Assembly (NCBI GenBank): GCA_041686025.1
Contig: JAWLEP010000003.1
Location: forward strand, 17,744 to 81,743
DNA from: Candidatus Fermentibacteraceae bacterium
GTDB taxonomy: Bacteria; Fermentibacterota; Fermentibacteria; Fermentibacterales; JCC-6
Direction of reading: 5' to 3'
DNA length: 64,000 bases
The translations under genes were made by a program, and so were the position numbers. How positions within the stretch are numbered: the first letter of the stretch is position 1; each line of letters begins with the position of its first letter. Below the pieces are notes generated by a model. It ran no database searches and was not told the origin of the DNA. It was given only the letters and a program-made list of their open reading frames with translations. Shown here in pieces: positions 1 to 9,751 of the stretch.

Positions 1-393
1 CCTGTGGTGCTCGACGAAGTGGAACCCGATGTCCTCACGCAGACCCCTGAGGTGCTGACGCACGGTCTGCGGAATGCGCCTCATCTTCGCCGCCCCCGCC
101 AGCTGCCCCGCCAGGAAGCGCAGCCCTCCCGGCCTCAGGAGGTAGTGCCGGGAGTACGCCAGGTTCTCCCGGAAGACCAGTCCGGGAAGCATGTAGTAGG
201 CCACGTGGTCTATGTCCGACGCCGACAGGCCGGCCTGGCGCAGAGAGAACTCGATGGCCATCCGGGGATAGCCGGAGTAGTGCTTTACCCGAGCAAAGCG
301 CTCCTCCTCGGCGGCGGCGGCAACCCGGCCGTCGGCCAGCAGCGCGGCGGAGGAATCGTGCTTGTAGCAGTTGAGGCCGAGTACGACCGGCAT
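1..393 (-). CDS. Carbamoyltransferase (NodU/CmcH family), N-terminal part only; gene continues past the window start
   Basis: Reverse-complement translation from the ATG at 393 gives MPVVLGLNCYKHDSSAALLADGRVAAAAEEERFARVKHYSGYPRMAIEF, the characteristic carbamoyltransferase N-terminus (LGLNxxxHDSSAAL, EERFxRVKH). Absent from the ORF track because no stop codon falls inside the window. Sits 10 nt downstream of the GT2 gene on the same strand. Confidence 0.7.
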   Translation of the reverse strand, partial: MPVVLGLNCYKHDSSAALLADGRVAAAAEEERFARVKHYSGYPRMAIEFSLRQAGLSASDIDHVAYYMLPGLVFRENLAYSRHYLLRPGGLRFLAGQLAGAAKMRRIPQTVRQHLRGLREDIGFHFVEHHR

Positions 394-403
394 CCTGCTC
401 CTC

Positions 404-1327
404 TCAGTTATCGTGGTCCCCGGGGGCGCCGCCCCAGACGAGCCTCAGCGCCCGCCGGCAGTATGCTGGGGTGTACCGCACGTCCCGGCGGAGACGGGGG
501 GCGATACCGCCCAGAACCAGCCTCTCCAGCTGCAGGGCCGTCATGAGGAGCCTGAAGGCCGCCGTGCCCGCCCGGCCGCTGTGCTTGCGGAGGAAGCGGA
601 GCTTCGCGGGAATATAGCGAAGGTAGGTCATCCGTCCATACTTCTGGCGGGCCGAGCCGCCCTCCACGTGAACCACCTCCGCGCCGGGCTCGAACCACAC
701 CTCCCACCCCCTGCTCCGCATGCGGAGCTGGAGCTCGGTCTCCTCGTGGTAGAAGAAGAAGTCGGTGTCGAAGCCGCCGGCCTCCCGGAAGGCCTTCATC
801 CTTATGGCCATCACCGCTCCCACCAGCCAGTCCGCCTGCCGGGCGGCCCTGTGAGGCCTCCGTCTGGCGCTGAGCCTTCCCAGGAGGGGCAGATGCTCCA
901 GGACCAGGTTTCGGGCGAAGGGGAAGTCCCGCATGGAGGGCTGCAGCCCGCCCCCGGGCCAGAGGAGCCGGGGCCCTGCGAGGCCGGCGTCCGGACGACG
1001 GTCCAGCGCCTCCAGAAGTGCCGCCAGGCTTCCCGGCAGGAAGATCGTGTCCGTGTTGGCCAGCACGACCACATCCTCAGAAAGCCGGCCCATCATCAGG
1101 TTGGCGGCTCCGGCGAAGCCCAGGTTCTCCCCCCAGCGGACGACCTCCACCAGACCGGTGCTGCCGAAGCGCTCCTCCACCAGGTCCTCCGAACCGTCAT
1201 CGGAGGCGTTGTCGAAGAACACCAGCCCCGAGCCGGTCTCCCTCAACTGGGGAAGCAGGGACTCCACCATGTCCTCCACGAACTCCCGGCCGTTCCAGTT
1301 GATGGTGAGCACCACGGAGTCGGCCAA
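404..1327 (-). CDS. Glycosyltransferase family 2
   Basis: 307 aa. N-terminal GT-A fold with VVLTINWNG...DNASDDGS (DxD-type motif) and the typical GT2 organisation. Its start is 1 nt from the stop of the upstream M23 peptidase gene. Confidence 0.85.
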   Translation of the reverse strand: MADSVVLTINWNGREFVEDMVESLLPQLRETGSGLVFFDNASDDGSEDLVEERFGSTGLVEVVRWGENLGFAGAANLMMGRLSEDVVVLANTDTIFLPGSLAALLEALDRRPDAGLAGPRLLWPGGGLQPSMRDFPFARNLVLEHLPLLGRLSARRRPHRAARQADWLVGAVMAIRMKAFREAGGFDTDFFFYHEETELQLRMRSRGWEVWFEPGAEVVHVEGGSARQKYGRMTYLRYIPAKLRFLRKHSGRAGTAAFRLLMTALQLERLVLGGIAPRLRRDVRYTPAYCRRALRLVWGGAPGDHDN

Positions 1328-1328
1328 C

Positions 1329-2435
1329 TCAGCCCTCCCCGTCCATCATGCGGTCGCACCTGTCCCGTAGCTCCGCGAAGCCGTCCATGTCCCCTTCCGG
1401 CAGGCTGCGCCGGTGGCAGCCGTGGAATATGTACGGGTCCACGGGATAGCCCGAGCTGCGGTCGTTTATCTGGTAATGCAGGTGCGGGGCGTAGGAGCGT
1501 CCGGTGTTGCCCACGTATCCCACCAGGCCCCCGGGCTCCACGAAAGCGCCGGCCCTCACCCCTTCGGCCAGCCGGTCGAGGTGGATGAAGATCTGGGAGT
1601 AGCCCCCGCCCATGTCCACCTCCACGCAGCGTCCGTTGTAGTCGCTGTTCCAGTCGGTGCGGGAAACCGTCCCGCCGCTGCTGCTGCGCACCGGGGTTCC
1701 CACGGGGGCCTTGAAGTCAACGCCTGCGTGGCTGTGTCCCGACCGCGGCTCCCCGAACACGCCCGTGATCTCCTCGAAGGTCGACACGGGCATGGCGTCC
1801 AGAATGAGGGGCACCTCCGTACCGTCGGCGTACCAGTAGGAGGGGTGGTTGTCCCCCGTCCTCCGGTAGCGGTAGACCGAGAAGAGCCGGTTCTCCGATC
1901 CGGCGGCGGGAACGTATCTGAGGGCCACAACCCTGTTCTCGAAACCCTCCGGCAGGGAGTCGGTGTAGACTACGTACAGCGAGTCCCCCGCGACCAGGTC
2001 ATCCCAGGGCTCCATGTCCCACCACATGCAGCGGGAGCAGTGGGCCCCCAGCACCTCCGCGGTCACGCCGGAGGCCAGGCTGTCGGACTGCATCACGTGG
2101 GCCAGCGAGGTGTAGAGCGAGCTCCGCACCTCCACGGCAATGGTACTCCAGTCCTCCCCCGCCGCAGGCGGCGGCAGCGAATCAGGGGCTGTGCTGTCGG
2201 CCGGGGACGAGTCCGCCGCCGCGTCCGCTGCCTTCAATGTGTCGATTTCCGTCTGGGGAACGGATAATCCGGCAGTATCGGCAGCCGTTTGACGTTGGGT
2301 ATCCGGTTCGAACGTGCCTTCGAAGTCCTGGGCTCGAATGACTATTTCATCTTCCGATGGTTCCTTCTGGCAGGAGAGAATCACTGTCGCCCCCAGGATC
2401 AGGCTGAACGCAGCCACTGCCCGAAATGGCCTCAA
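1329..2435 (-). CDS. M23 family metallopeptidase (LytM/NlpD-like), lipoprotein
   Basis: Lipoprotein signal MRPFRAVAAFSLILGATVILSCQ. C-terminal M23 motifs HAGVDFKAPVGTPV ... GNTGRSYAPHLHYQI (HxxxD and HxH). Confidence 0.85.
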   Translation of the reverse strand: MRPFRAVAAFSLILGATVILSCQKEPSEDEIVIRAQDFEGTFEPDTQRQTAADTAGLSVPQTEIDTLKAADAAADSSPADSTAPDSLPPPAAGEDWSTIAVEVRSSLYTSLAHVMQSDSLASGVTAEVLGAHCSRCMWWDMEPWDDLVAGDSLYVVYTDSLPEGFENRVVALRYVPAAGSENRLFSVYRYRRTGDNHPSYWYADGTEVPLILDAMPVSTFEEITGVFGEPRSGHSHAGVDFKAPVGTPVRSSSGGTVSRTDWNSDYNGRCVEVDMGGGYSQIFIHLDRLAEGVRAGAFVEPGGLVGYVGNTGRSYAPHLHYQINDRSSGYPVDPYIFHGCHRRSLPEGDMDGFAELRDRCDRMMDGEG

Positions 2436-2491
2436 CCGAACCCCCTCGTCGAGATATTGACACCCGCTCTCACCCGATTAGCTTCTGGAAT

Positions 2492-3859
2492 ATGACCAAG
2501 CAGAGTGGAAGACGCTACAGGGTACTGGTAGTGGACGACGACCCGCAGATACGGCGCCTCCTGGCGGAGGTGCTGCAGACCGAGGGCTATTCCTGCGAGA
2601 CGGTCTGGGCAGCCAGGGAGGCCATGCGGGTGCTCCGCCGCCAGAGCTTCGACCTGCTGATAACCGACCTGAACCTTCCCGACAGGTCTGGCCTGGACCT
2701 GCTGGACATGATATCCAGCCGGCACCCGGGTCTGCCGGTGATAGTGATCACCGGATACGCCTCCATAGAGAGCACCAAGCAGGCAATCCGCAGGGGCGCC
2801 CTGGACTACATACCCAAGCCCTTCTCCGGCCGGGCCGTGGTCAGCGCCATAGAGAGGGCGCTGCAGTCGCCGGGCGGGCCCAGGGGGGGCAGGGGCGACA
2901 TCATATACCGCAGTGAGACCATGGAGGAGATCATGTCCATGGTCAGGCGGGTGAGCCGGTCGGACAGCACCGTGCTGGTGACCGGAGAGAGCGGCACGGG
3001 CAAGGAGCTCGTGGCCAGGGCACTCCACCGCATGAGCCGCAGGCAGTCGCAGCAGTTCGTCTCCGTCAACTCCGGCGCCCTTCCGGAGAACCTGCTGGAG
3101 AGCGAGCTGTTCGGGCACAGGAAGGGGGCCTTCACCGGAGCGGTGTCTACCACCCTGGGCAGATTCCAGGTGGCGGACGGAGGCACCCTCTTCCTCGACG
3201 AGGTGGGCAACATGAGCCCCGGAATGCAGGTGAAGCTGCTTCGGGCCCTGCAGGAGGGCGAGGTCTCGCCGGTGGGCAGCACGGAGACCCAGAAGGTGGA
3301 CGTGAGGCTGATCGCCGCCACCAACATGAACCTGGAGGTTGCCGTCAGGGAGGGCGCCTTTCGGGAGGACCTCTTCTACAGGCTGAACGTCATCGAGATA
3401 AACCTGCCGCCGCTGCGGCACAGGCGCGAGGACATAATGGTGCTGGCGGAGCACTTCCTGGGGATCTACAGCTCCCGACGCAGCAACGGCAGGAAGCTGG
3501 ACATAAGCGGGGAGGCCGCCGCCTCCCTCCTGGCCTACTCATGGCCCGGAAACGTCCGGGAGCTGGAGAACACAATCGAGAGGGCGTGCGTTCTGGCCAG
3601 GGGGAGCCCCATACAGATCAGCGACCTGCCGGGCAGAGTCGTCTCCGGAGTGGAAGGCCTGGAGGAGACCCGGATGCCCGAGGGAGGCGTGAATCTCCCG
3701 ATGGTAATGGAGAACCTGGAGCGGTATTATATTGTCAACGCACTTCGCAGGCACGGCGGCGTAAAGGCAAGGGCGGCCCGATGGCTGGGGCTGAAGAGGA
3801 CCACCTTCCTGGCCAAGATGAAAAAGCTGGGCATTCCCGAGGAGACGGGGAAGCGGTAA
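2492..3859 (+). CDS. Sigma-54-dependent response regulator (NtrC family): receiver + AAA+ sigma-54 activator + HTH
   Basis: Receiver domain (RVLVVDDDPQIRRLL...DLLITDLNLPDRSGLDLL), AAA+ core with Walker A GESGTGKELVARALH, and a C-terminal HTH. The internal start MTKQSGRRYRVLVVDD at 2492 is preferred over 2426 because 2426 overlaps the divergent peptidase start. Confidence 0.9.
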   Translation: MTKQSGRRYRVLVVDDDPQIRRLLAEVLQTEGYSCETVWAAREAMRVLRRQSFDLLITDLNLPDRSGLDLLDMISSRHPGLPVIVITGYASIESTKQAIRRGALDYIPKPFSGRAVVSAIERALQSPGGPRGGRGDIIYRSETMEEIMSMVRRVSRSDSTVLVTGESGTGKELVARALHRMSRRQSQQFVSVNSGALPENLLESELFGHRKGAFTGAVSTTLGRFQVADGGTLFLDEVGNMSPGMQVKLLRALQEGEVSPVGSTETQKVDVRLIAATNMNLEVAVREGAFREDLFYRLNVIEINLPPLRHRREDIMVLAEHFLGIYSSRRSNGRKLDISGEAAASLLAYSWPGNVRELENTIERACVLARGSPIQISDLPGRVVSGVEGLEETRMPEGGVNLPMVMENLERYYIVNALRRHGGVKARAARWLGLKRTTFLAKMKKLGIPEETGKR

Positions 3860-5832
3860 TGGTCGAGAGCAGTTGCAGCGTACTCGTGGTTGATGACGAC
3901 GACAACACCAGAAGGGTCTGCCGCGAGTTCCTGCGCAGCAGTGGATTCCAGGTCTACGAGGCATCCGACGGCCTGAAGGCGGAGGCTCTGCTGGAGAGTC
4001 ATGCCGTAGGCATCGTGCTGAGTGACATTATCATGCCCGGTACAGGCGGCATACAGCTCTTGAAGCGCATTCGAGAGAACCATCCGGACACCCAGGTCAT
4101 CCTGTTCACCGGCCATGGCTCCATAGACCTTGCGAAAGACGCCATTCGGCGCGGGGCGTTCGACTTCGTGACCAAGCCCTTCGGCATGGAGGAGCTTCTC
4201 CAGACTGTGGAGCGGGCAAGGGAGGCCAGAAACCGACTTACCTCCAAACTGCCCCATCCGGCCCTGGACGAGCTGAAGCGGATGACCGAAACGCTTGATA
4301 TCAGCGGCTTCTCCCCCTCTGAGTACCTGCTCTCCTTCACCGAGGCTGTGAAGCGGAGCTTCCGAGCAGATGTGGTTCGTATCTACATGCTGGATTCGAA
4401 CCGCGAGATGGAGCTGGAGGTCTCCTCGGGCAGGGAGGAACTCATAGGAGAGGACGACTGGCAGCAGTCCCTGGAGCTGTGTCTGGAGAGCGAGGACGGA
4501 GGCTACCTGAGCTCCGAGGAGCAGTCGGAACAGCTGCTTCCCACCCAGCGGCGGGCTCACATGATGGCCCATCAACTGGGGGGCGGACAGGGTCCACTGG
4601 GTGCCTGCGTTGTCGCGCGGGCCGAAGTTCCCGACGCATTCACCGGCAGAGACCTGAAGACTCTTTCCCTCTTCTGCGCCCAGGCGGGAAACCAGATTCA
4701 GAGCTACGAGCTGGCCGAAGGCCTGCGGCGAAGCACCAAGCAGCTGCAGACCATCAACCGAGTCGTCAGCCAGTTCTCGACCACACTGGATACCGGCAGC
4801 GTGCTGGCCTCCATCGCCAGGGGCTTCCACCAGGTGATCGACTACGATCTGCTGGGTGTTCTTGTCAGGGAGGAGGAGGCCAATCCCCTGGCCTATTTCC
4901 GGCTTCGAGCAGACATACCGGATTCGGTCTTCCTCTACGGGCCCCTTCGGGAGTCGCTGCTGGAGGACGTATCCGTGGAGCTCCTCGACCAGTCGCTGCA
5001 GGTTCGGGAGGTCGAGACCTTCGAACCCCGGGAGGGCAGGGTAGACCCGCAGGACCTGAAAGCGATCAGGAAGATCCAGCTGAGCGAGTTCAGCAACCTC
5101 AACGGGCTGCTGTTCTTCGCGTGCTGGCGGGAGGCCGCGATCGAGAGTTTCTCCTCCACGTACCTTCCCATACTGGCCAGGCAGGCCATAGGTGCTCTGA
5201 GCAATGCACGCTTTCACAAGAGAGACCAGCGCAACTACATCCAGACCATCGGTGCGCTGGCCCGCACGGTGGACGCCAAGGACCCCTATACCCACAACCA
5301 CTCCACCAATGTGACCGCCTACGCCCTGGCCCTGGCCGACTACATGGGGATGGGCGAGCTCGAGCAGTCTGTGGTGAGGAATGCGGCGCTTCTGCACGAC
5401 ATTGGCAAGATCGGCGTGCCGGACTCCATTCTGAACAAACCGGGATCCCTCACGGACGATGAGTTCGACGTGATGAAGTCGCACCCGGAGCTGGGCTACA
5501 AGATCCTCAAGCCGGTCCACGCCTTCAGCGACCTCCTGGAAGCGGTGCGCTATCACCACGAGCGCTACGACGGCAATGGCTACCCGGATGGACTGAAGGG
5601 CAAGGACATCCCCCTGAAGGCACGGATCCTGACGGTTGCCGATGCCTTCGACGCGATGTACTCCAACCGCGTCTACAGGCCCTCTCCCGGTCTTGACTAC
5701 GCAAAGGCGGAGCTCCGGGAGAACTCCGGGGACCAGTTCGACCCATATCTGGCATACGCCTTCCTGGAGGTCCTTGCGGAGAGACTTCCGGAGGACATCC
5801 TGACGGCTTACTCCGAGAGCAAGCCCAGATAG
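3859..5832 (+). CDS. Response regulator with receiver, GAF-like and HD-GYP domains (predicted c-di-GMP phosphodiesterase, RpfG-like)
   Basis: In-frame ATG at 3859 overlaps the TAA of the upstream regulator (taATGg). Receiver VLVVDDDDNTRRV...IVLSDIIMPG. C-terminal HD-GYP signature HDIGKIGVP...YHHERYDGNGYPDGLKG...TVADAFDAMYSNRVYR. The upstream part of ORF 3541..5832 lies inside the previous gene and is rejected. Confidence 0.85.
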   Translation: MVESSCSVLVVDDDDNTRRVCREFLRSSGFQVYEASDGLKAEALLESHAVGIVLSDIIMPGTGGIQLLKRIRENHPDTQVILFTGHGSIDLAKDAIRRGAFDFVTKPFGMEELLQTVERAREARNRLTSKLPHPALDELKRMTETLDISGFSPSEYLLSFTEAVKRSFRADVVRIYMLDSNREMELEVSSGREELIGEDDWQQSLELCLESEDGGYLSSEEQSEQLLPTQRRAHMMAHQLGGGQGPLGACVVARAEVPDAFTGRDLKTLSLFCAQAGNQIQSYELAEGLRRSTKQLQTINRVVSQFSTTLDTGSVLASIARGFHQVIDYDLLGVLVREEEANPLAYFRLRADIPDSVFLYGPLRESLLEDVSVELLDQSLQVREVETFEPREGRVDPQDLKAIRKIQLSEFSNLNGLLFFACWREAAIESFSSTYLPILARQAIGALSNARFHKRDQRNYIQTIGALARTVDAKDPYTHNHSTNVTAYALALADYMGMGELEQSVVRNAALLHDIGKIGVPDSILNKPGSLTDDEFDVMKSHPELGYKILKPVHAFSDLLEAVRYHHERYDGNGYPDGLKGKDIPLKARILTVADAFDAMYSNRVYRPSPGLDYAKAELRENSGDQFDPYLAYAFLEVLAERLPEDILTAYSESKPR

Positions 5833-5882
5833 CTCTGCTGCTGGGACCTCTCTGGCCGAGATGATCAAATGGACAACAGAAC

Positions 5883-7178
5883 GTGGATGATTGGGGGCCG
5901 CTATTGAACGCGATAGCCGAAATAACAGCGAGGCAGATACTGGACTCCAGAGGAAATCCAACGCTTGAGGCCGACGTTGTGCTCGAGTCCGGCGTATGGG
6001 GAAGGGCCGCAGTTCCCAGCGGAGCCTCCACCGGCGAGCACGAGGCCGTAGAGCTGCGGGACGGGGGAGAGGCCTTTCTGGGCAAGGGCGTCACCCGGGC
6101 GGTGGACAACGTGAACAGCAGGATCGGCCCGGAGCTCATGGGCATTCCGGCCGACGAGCAGCGGACCATCGACGACATCATGCGGGAGCTTGACGGAACC
6201 GACAACAAAGGCAGCCTCGGGGCCAACGCAGTGCTGGCGGTATCCATGGCCGCTGCCAGGGCTGCGGCGGCTTACCTGGGCCTACCCCTCTACAGGTACG
6301 TGGGGGGGCTGACCCCCGCCACCCTTCCGGTGCCCATGATCAACGTCCTCAACGGCGGCCGTCACGCCTCGAACCCCCTGGACCTGCAGGAGTTCATGAT
6401 AGTGCCTGCGGGGTTTCCCGCCTTCTCCGATGCCCTGCAGGCCGCCGCGGAGATATTCGGCACCATGAAGGCCAGGGCCTCCGAGATGGGCATGCCCACC
6501 ACCGTAGGGGACGAGGGTGGACTGGCCCCCGACCTGCCGGACAACGAGTCGGCTCTGGATTTCATCACCGAAGCGATCTCCGCCGCCGGCTACCGGCCGG
6601 GGGAGCAGGTCTTCCTGGCCCTGGACCCCGCCGCCAGCGAGTTCTGCGACCAGGGCCGCTACGAGATGCACGGCGCCGGCACCCTGGACTCCGGGGGAAT
6701 GGTGGACTACTGGGAGAAGCTGGTGAGGTCCTATCCCATAGTCAGCATCGAGGACGGCCTGGACGAGGACGACTGGGATGGATGGAAGCTCCTGAACCGG
6801 CGGCTGGGTGAGCGCATACACCTGGTGGGCGACGACCTCTTCGTTACCAATACCGCGCGACTGGCCCGGGGCATCCGGGAGGGGTCGGCAAATGCCATTC
6901 TGATAAAGCTCAACCAGATAGGGACCCTCACCGAGACGGTGGAGGCCGTGGGGATGGCCCACCGCAACGGCATGCGCGCCGTGATCAGCCACAGAAGCGG
7001 CGAGACCTGCGACACCTTCATCGCCGATCTGGCGGTGGGGCTCTCCACGGGCCTGATCAAGACCGGCTCCACCAGCAGGAGCGACCGGACCTCCAAGTAC
7101 AACCGCCTGCTGAGAATAGAGGAAGAGCTGGGGACCGGAGCTGACTACGCCGGCCTCAGCGCGCTCCTGGAGGGGTGA
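5883..7178 (+). CDS. eno: Enolase (phosphopyruvate hydratase)
   Basis: [27 protein letters not shown], and catalytic/Mg-binding motifs across the full 431-aa length. A TTG at about 5907 ([11 protein letters not shown]) is a possible alternative start. Confidence 0.95.
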   Translation: MDDWGPLLNAIAEITARQILDSRGNPTLEADVVLESGVWGRAAVPSGASTGEHEAVELRDGGEAFLGKGVTRAVDNVNSRIGPELMGIPADEQRTIDDIMRELDGTDNKGSLGANAVLAVSMAAARAAAAYLGLPLYRYVGGLTPATLPVPMINVLNGGRHASNPLDLQEFMIVPAGFPAFSDALQAAAEIFGTMKARASEMGMPTTVGDEGGLAPDLPDNESALDFITEAISAAGYRPGEQVFLALDPAASEFCDQGRYEMHGAGTLDSGGMVDYWEKLVRSYPIVSIEDGLDEDDWDGWKLLNRRLGERIHLVGDDLFVTNTARLARGIREGSANAILIKLNQIGTLTETVEAVGMAHRNGMRAVISHRSGETCDTFIADLAVGLSTGLIKTGSTSRSDRTSKYNRLLRIEEELGTGADYAGLSALLEG

Positions 7179-7185
7179 CCTGGCC

Positions 7186-7506
7186 GTGGGGCGCGCCGAC
7201 GGCAGGCGGCGGAAGGTGGTGGTGCTGGGTGCGCTGATACTGATCAGCGCCCTGGCGGTCTTCGTCATCTTCAACCGCAACGGCGTGCTCAACTACCTCT
7301 CTCTCCGCCGGGAGACCGAGAGCCTCAGGAGAGAGGTGGACTCGCTGGAGGCGGTGAGGGACAGCCTGGCCGTGGAGGTGAAGAGCCTGAGGACCGACTC
7401 GGCCTACATTGAGCGCATGATCCGCGAGATCCTGGGTTGGGGGCGTCCCGGCGAGATGATCATCCGCTTCCAGGGCCTTCCGTCCGGCCGGGGTTCGTGT
7501 CCCTGA
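7186..7506 (+). CDS. ftsB: Septum formation initiator family protein (FtsB/DivIC-like)
   Basis: 106 aa with one N-terminal TM helix (VVVLGALILISALAVFVIF) followed by a coiled coil (LRRETESLRREVDSLEAVRDSLAVEVKSLR). Eno-ftsB synteny is common. Confidence 0.6.
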   Translation: MGRADGRRRKVVVLGALILISALAVFVIFNRNGVLNYLSLRRETESLRREVDSLEAVRDSLAVEVKSLRTDSAYIERMIREILGWGRPGEMIIRFQGLPSGRGSCP

Positions 7507-7544
7507 GACACCGTCGGACCTGCCTGGCCGCGGCCCTTGCGGGG

Positions 7545-8807
7545 ATGGTGCCCGTGCTTCTGCTTCTGGCTGCCGGCGGTGAGCATGCCGACAGCGATGC
7601 CCTGGCCCACCTGGTCTGGGCCAGGCAGGTGATCCGGCACGGATCCCCCCGAATAGCCGAGGACGGCGTATTCGACGACGTGTCACACTACTATCCCAAC
7701 ACGGTTCCCAAGCCCCTGCCCCTCCTGGTCTCGCTGCCCGCAGCGGCAGCCGGAGGAGCGGGGCTGCTGCAGGCCCTGTACCTTGTCTTCGCCTTCCTGG
7801 GGCTACTGGCCGCTGCCTCGCTCGCCCTGCGGGAGGGCGGCGGAACCCGGGCCGCCTGGTGGGCTTCCCTGGCGCTGGGGATGAACCCGGCGTGGGTCAT
7901 GCTCACCATACGCTGCCGGCCGGCGGTGATACTGATAGCCGCTGTCCTGGCCCTCCCCGCCCTCACCCGCTTCTCGGTGCTGGAGCCGCTGGCGGCCCTC
8001 ACCAGGCCCGAGGGGATCTTCCTCTCGGCCTGGCGGGCCCTGCGCGGGAGGCGCGGGGCCGGTCTGGCGGTACTGCTGGCCGCAGTGGCTGCGTGGCCGC
8101 TGCTGAACCTCTGGGCCGCCGGAGACCCGCTGTGGTCGCTGCGGGAGGTCAGGCTGGCGGTGGAGCAGATGGACTATCCCACACCGGGTCCCGCCGCCTA
8201 TCCCCTGCTGCTGCTGCGCCGGCTCTTCCTCGTTGCCGGGCCGGTGATGGTCCTGGCCCTCTTCTCGAAAATCCGGAGATGGCCCCTTGCCGTTCCCCTG
8301 GCCGCATGGGCGGCGGTGCTCTGGGTCTCGCTTTCGGGAGGGTCGCTGGTCCTCCCCCGCTATCTCGACCCCCTGGTGCTGCTGGCGGTGCCCTGGGCCG
8401 TGGTGATGCTGGTCCGGATGATGCCCAAAGGGGAGGTCCGGGTTTCCCGCGCAGTTCTGGCTCTGGCCGTGGCCGCCTCCCTGACGCTCTGGCCCTCCGC
8501 ACTTGCGGACTGGCAGCGGGAGCATGGTATCCAGATGGCGCTGGAGAGGCTGGGGAGGGATGGATGGTGCGGCAGACTGGCGGTGAACGAGCTGCTGGTT
8601 CCCAGGGTGGCCGAGGCGGCGGGAACCACCGATCTTTCCCGGGGCTTCGTGGCCCTGGACCGGGCGGCCTGGGAGGGAGTCGACCTGGACTCCCTGGGTG
8701 TGGGGACGGTGGCCGTGGTTGACCATCCGGTCTACCTTCCCGCGCACACGTTGGCATACCTTGAGAGCAGGGGAATTTGTCCCGACACCCTCTGGACGGA
8801 GGAATAG
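7545..8807 (+). CDS. Polytopic membrane protein, possible GT-C-fold glycosyltransferase (ArnT/PMT-like); function unknown
   Basis: Many predicted TM helices. Start placed at the internal MVPVLLLLAAG at 7545 because the first M at 7437 overlaps ftsB. Family assignment is weak. Confidence 0.4.
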   Translation: MVPVLLLLAAGGEHADSDALAHLVWARQVIRHGSPRIAEDGVFDDVSHYYPNTVPKPLPLLVSLPAAAAGGAGLLQALYLVFAFLGLLAAASLALREGGGTRAAWWASLALGMNPAWVMLTIRCRPAVILIAAVLALPALTRFSVLEPLAALTRPEGIFLSAWRALRGRRGAGLAVLLAAVAAWPLLNLWAAGDPLWSLREVRLAVEQMDYPTPGPAAYPLLLLRRLFLVAGPVMVLALFSKIRRWPLAVPLAAWAAVLWVSLSGGSLVLPRYLDPLVLLAVPWAVVMLVRMMPKGEVRVSRAVLALAVAASLTLWPSALADWQREHGIQMALERLGRDGWCGRLAVNELLVPRVAEAAGTTDLSRGFVALDRAAWEGVDLDSLGVGTVAVVDHPVYLPAHTLAYLESRGICPDTLWTEE

Positions 8808-9710
8808 ATGGATCGTCAGAAGCCGCTGCGGGTCTCTTCGGTGGGTAGAAGGGGCCTGGTCCTCAACGACGGCGGAGGCAGTGAGCTCCCGGCCCGGGCC
8901 GCAGGCAGAGTCTTCAGCACGAAGTCTCCGGTTCCCGGCGACCTGGTGCGGGCCAGGCGCGAAGGCGGCACCCTGCTGGTGGAGAGCGTCCTGCCCCGCC
9001 GGAACACTCTCACCAGGGCCGACCGCAAAGGAGATGCCAGGGTGGTTGCCGCCAACGTGGACCTGGTCATGGCGGTGATGTCCGTCGCCGAGCCGCCCTT
9101 TGCCGCCGGACTGCTGGACCGGATACTGGCCGCTGCCGAGTACGACCGGCTCAAGGCGCTTGTGGTTCTGAACAAGACGGACCTGTATGGGGAAGAGGAT
9201 GCGGAAGGCCCCGGCGGGGCGCTGCTGGCCGACTACCGGGCAGCCGGCTACCGGTGCAGGCCGGTCAGCTGCCGGTCGGGGGAGGGAGTCGAAGAGATAA
9301 TGGACCTGATGTCCGGGCGGGTGGTGATGATGGCGGGCCCGTCGGGCTCGGGGAAGACATCCATCGCCCGCCATCTGCGACCGGACCTGGACCTGCAGGT
9401 GGGAGAGGTGAGCCCCAGGACCGCGCGGGGAAGGCACACCACAACCTCCTCGCGACTCATCCCCCTCGGTCCGGATACGTTCCTGATGGATACCCCCGGC
9501 GTTGCCGGCTACGCCATAGACCACATTCCGCCGGAGGAACTGGGGGGATGCTTCCCCGAGATCGCCGCACTGCAGGACGACTGCCGCTTCCGTGATTGCT
9601 ACCATGACAGCGAGCCGGGCTGCGCCGTAAGGGAAGCGGTGGAATCGGAACAGCTGTCAGGGGCCAGATACGAGAGCTACCTGGAACTGCTTCGCAGAGT
9701 CAGGGAATAA
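8808..9710 (+). CDS. rsgA: Ribosome small-subunit biogenesis GTPase RsgA (YjeQ/EngC)
   Basis: Circularly permuted GTPase motif order: VVLNKTDL (G4) precedes MAGPSGSGKTSI (G1). C-terminal zinc-finger CRFRDCYHDSEPGCAV. Confidence 0.9.
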   Translation: MDRQKPLRVSSVGRRGLVLNDGGGSELPARAAGRVFSTKSPVPGDLVRARREGGTLLVESVLPRRNTLTRADRKGDARVVAANVDLVMAVMSVAEPPFAAGLLDRILAAAEYDRLKALVVLNKTDLYGEEDAEGPGGALLADYRAAGYRCRPVSCRSGEGVEEIMDLMSGRVVMMAGPSGSGKTSIARHLRPDLDLQVGEVSPRTARGRHTTTSSRLIPLGPDTFLMDTPGVAGYAIDHIPPEELGGCFPEIAALQDDCRFRDCYHDSEPGCAVREAVESEQLSGARYESYLELLRRVRE

Positions 9711-9751
9711 AGCGGAGCCGGCCCATCACGCCTTCGGGCTGCAGAGAAGCC

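Noticed and set aside
3727-5961. 744-aa minus-strand ORF antisense to the HD-GYP response regulator
   Set aside because: Lies entirely antisense to a gene with unambiguous domain signatures. Translation is low-complexity (Gly/Arg/Pro/Val-rich), the pattern expected from reading GC3-rich coding DNA in reverse. The same reasoning applies to 7803..9605(-), 28034..30220(+), 32837..34597(-), 52540..55026(-), 52692..56075(+), 60868..62406(+), 14087..15082(-), 35207..36409(-), 55348..56412(-) and most other long R/P/G-rich ORFs in the track.
9711-9751. Hairpin GGGCTG-cagagaagcct-CAGCCC between convergent rsgA and wzz as a bidirectional terminator
   Set aside because: The stem is only 6 bp with an 11-nt loop and no flanking U/A tracts. 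Too weak to call as a feature.
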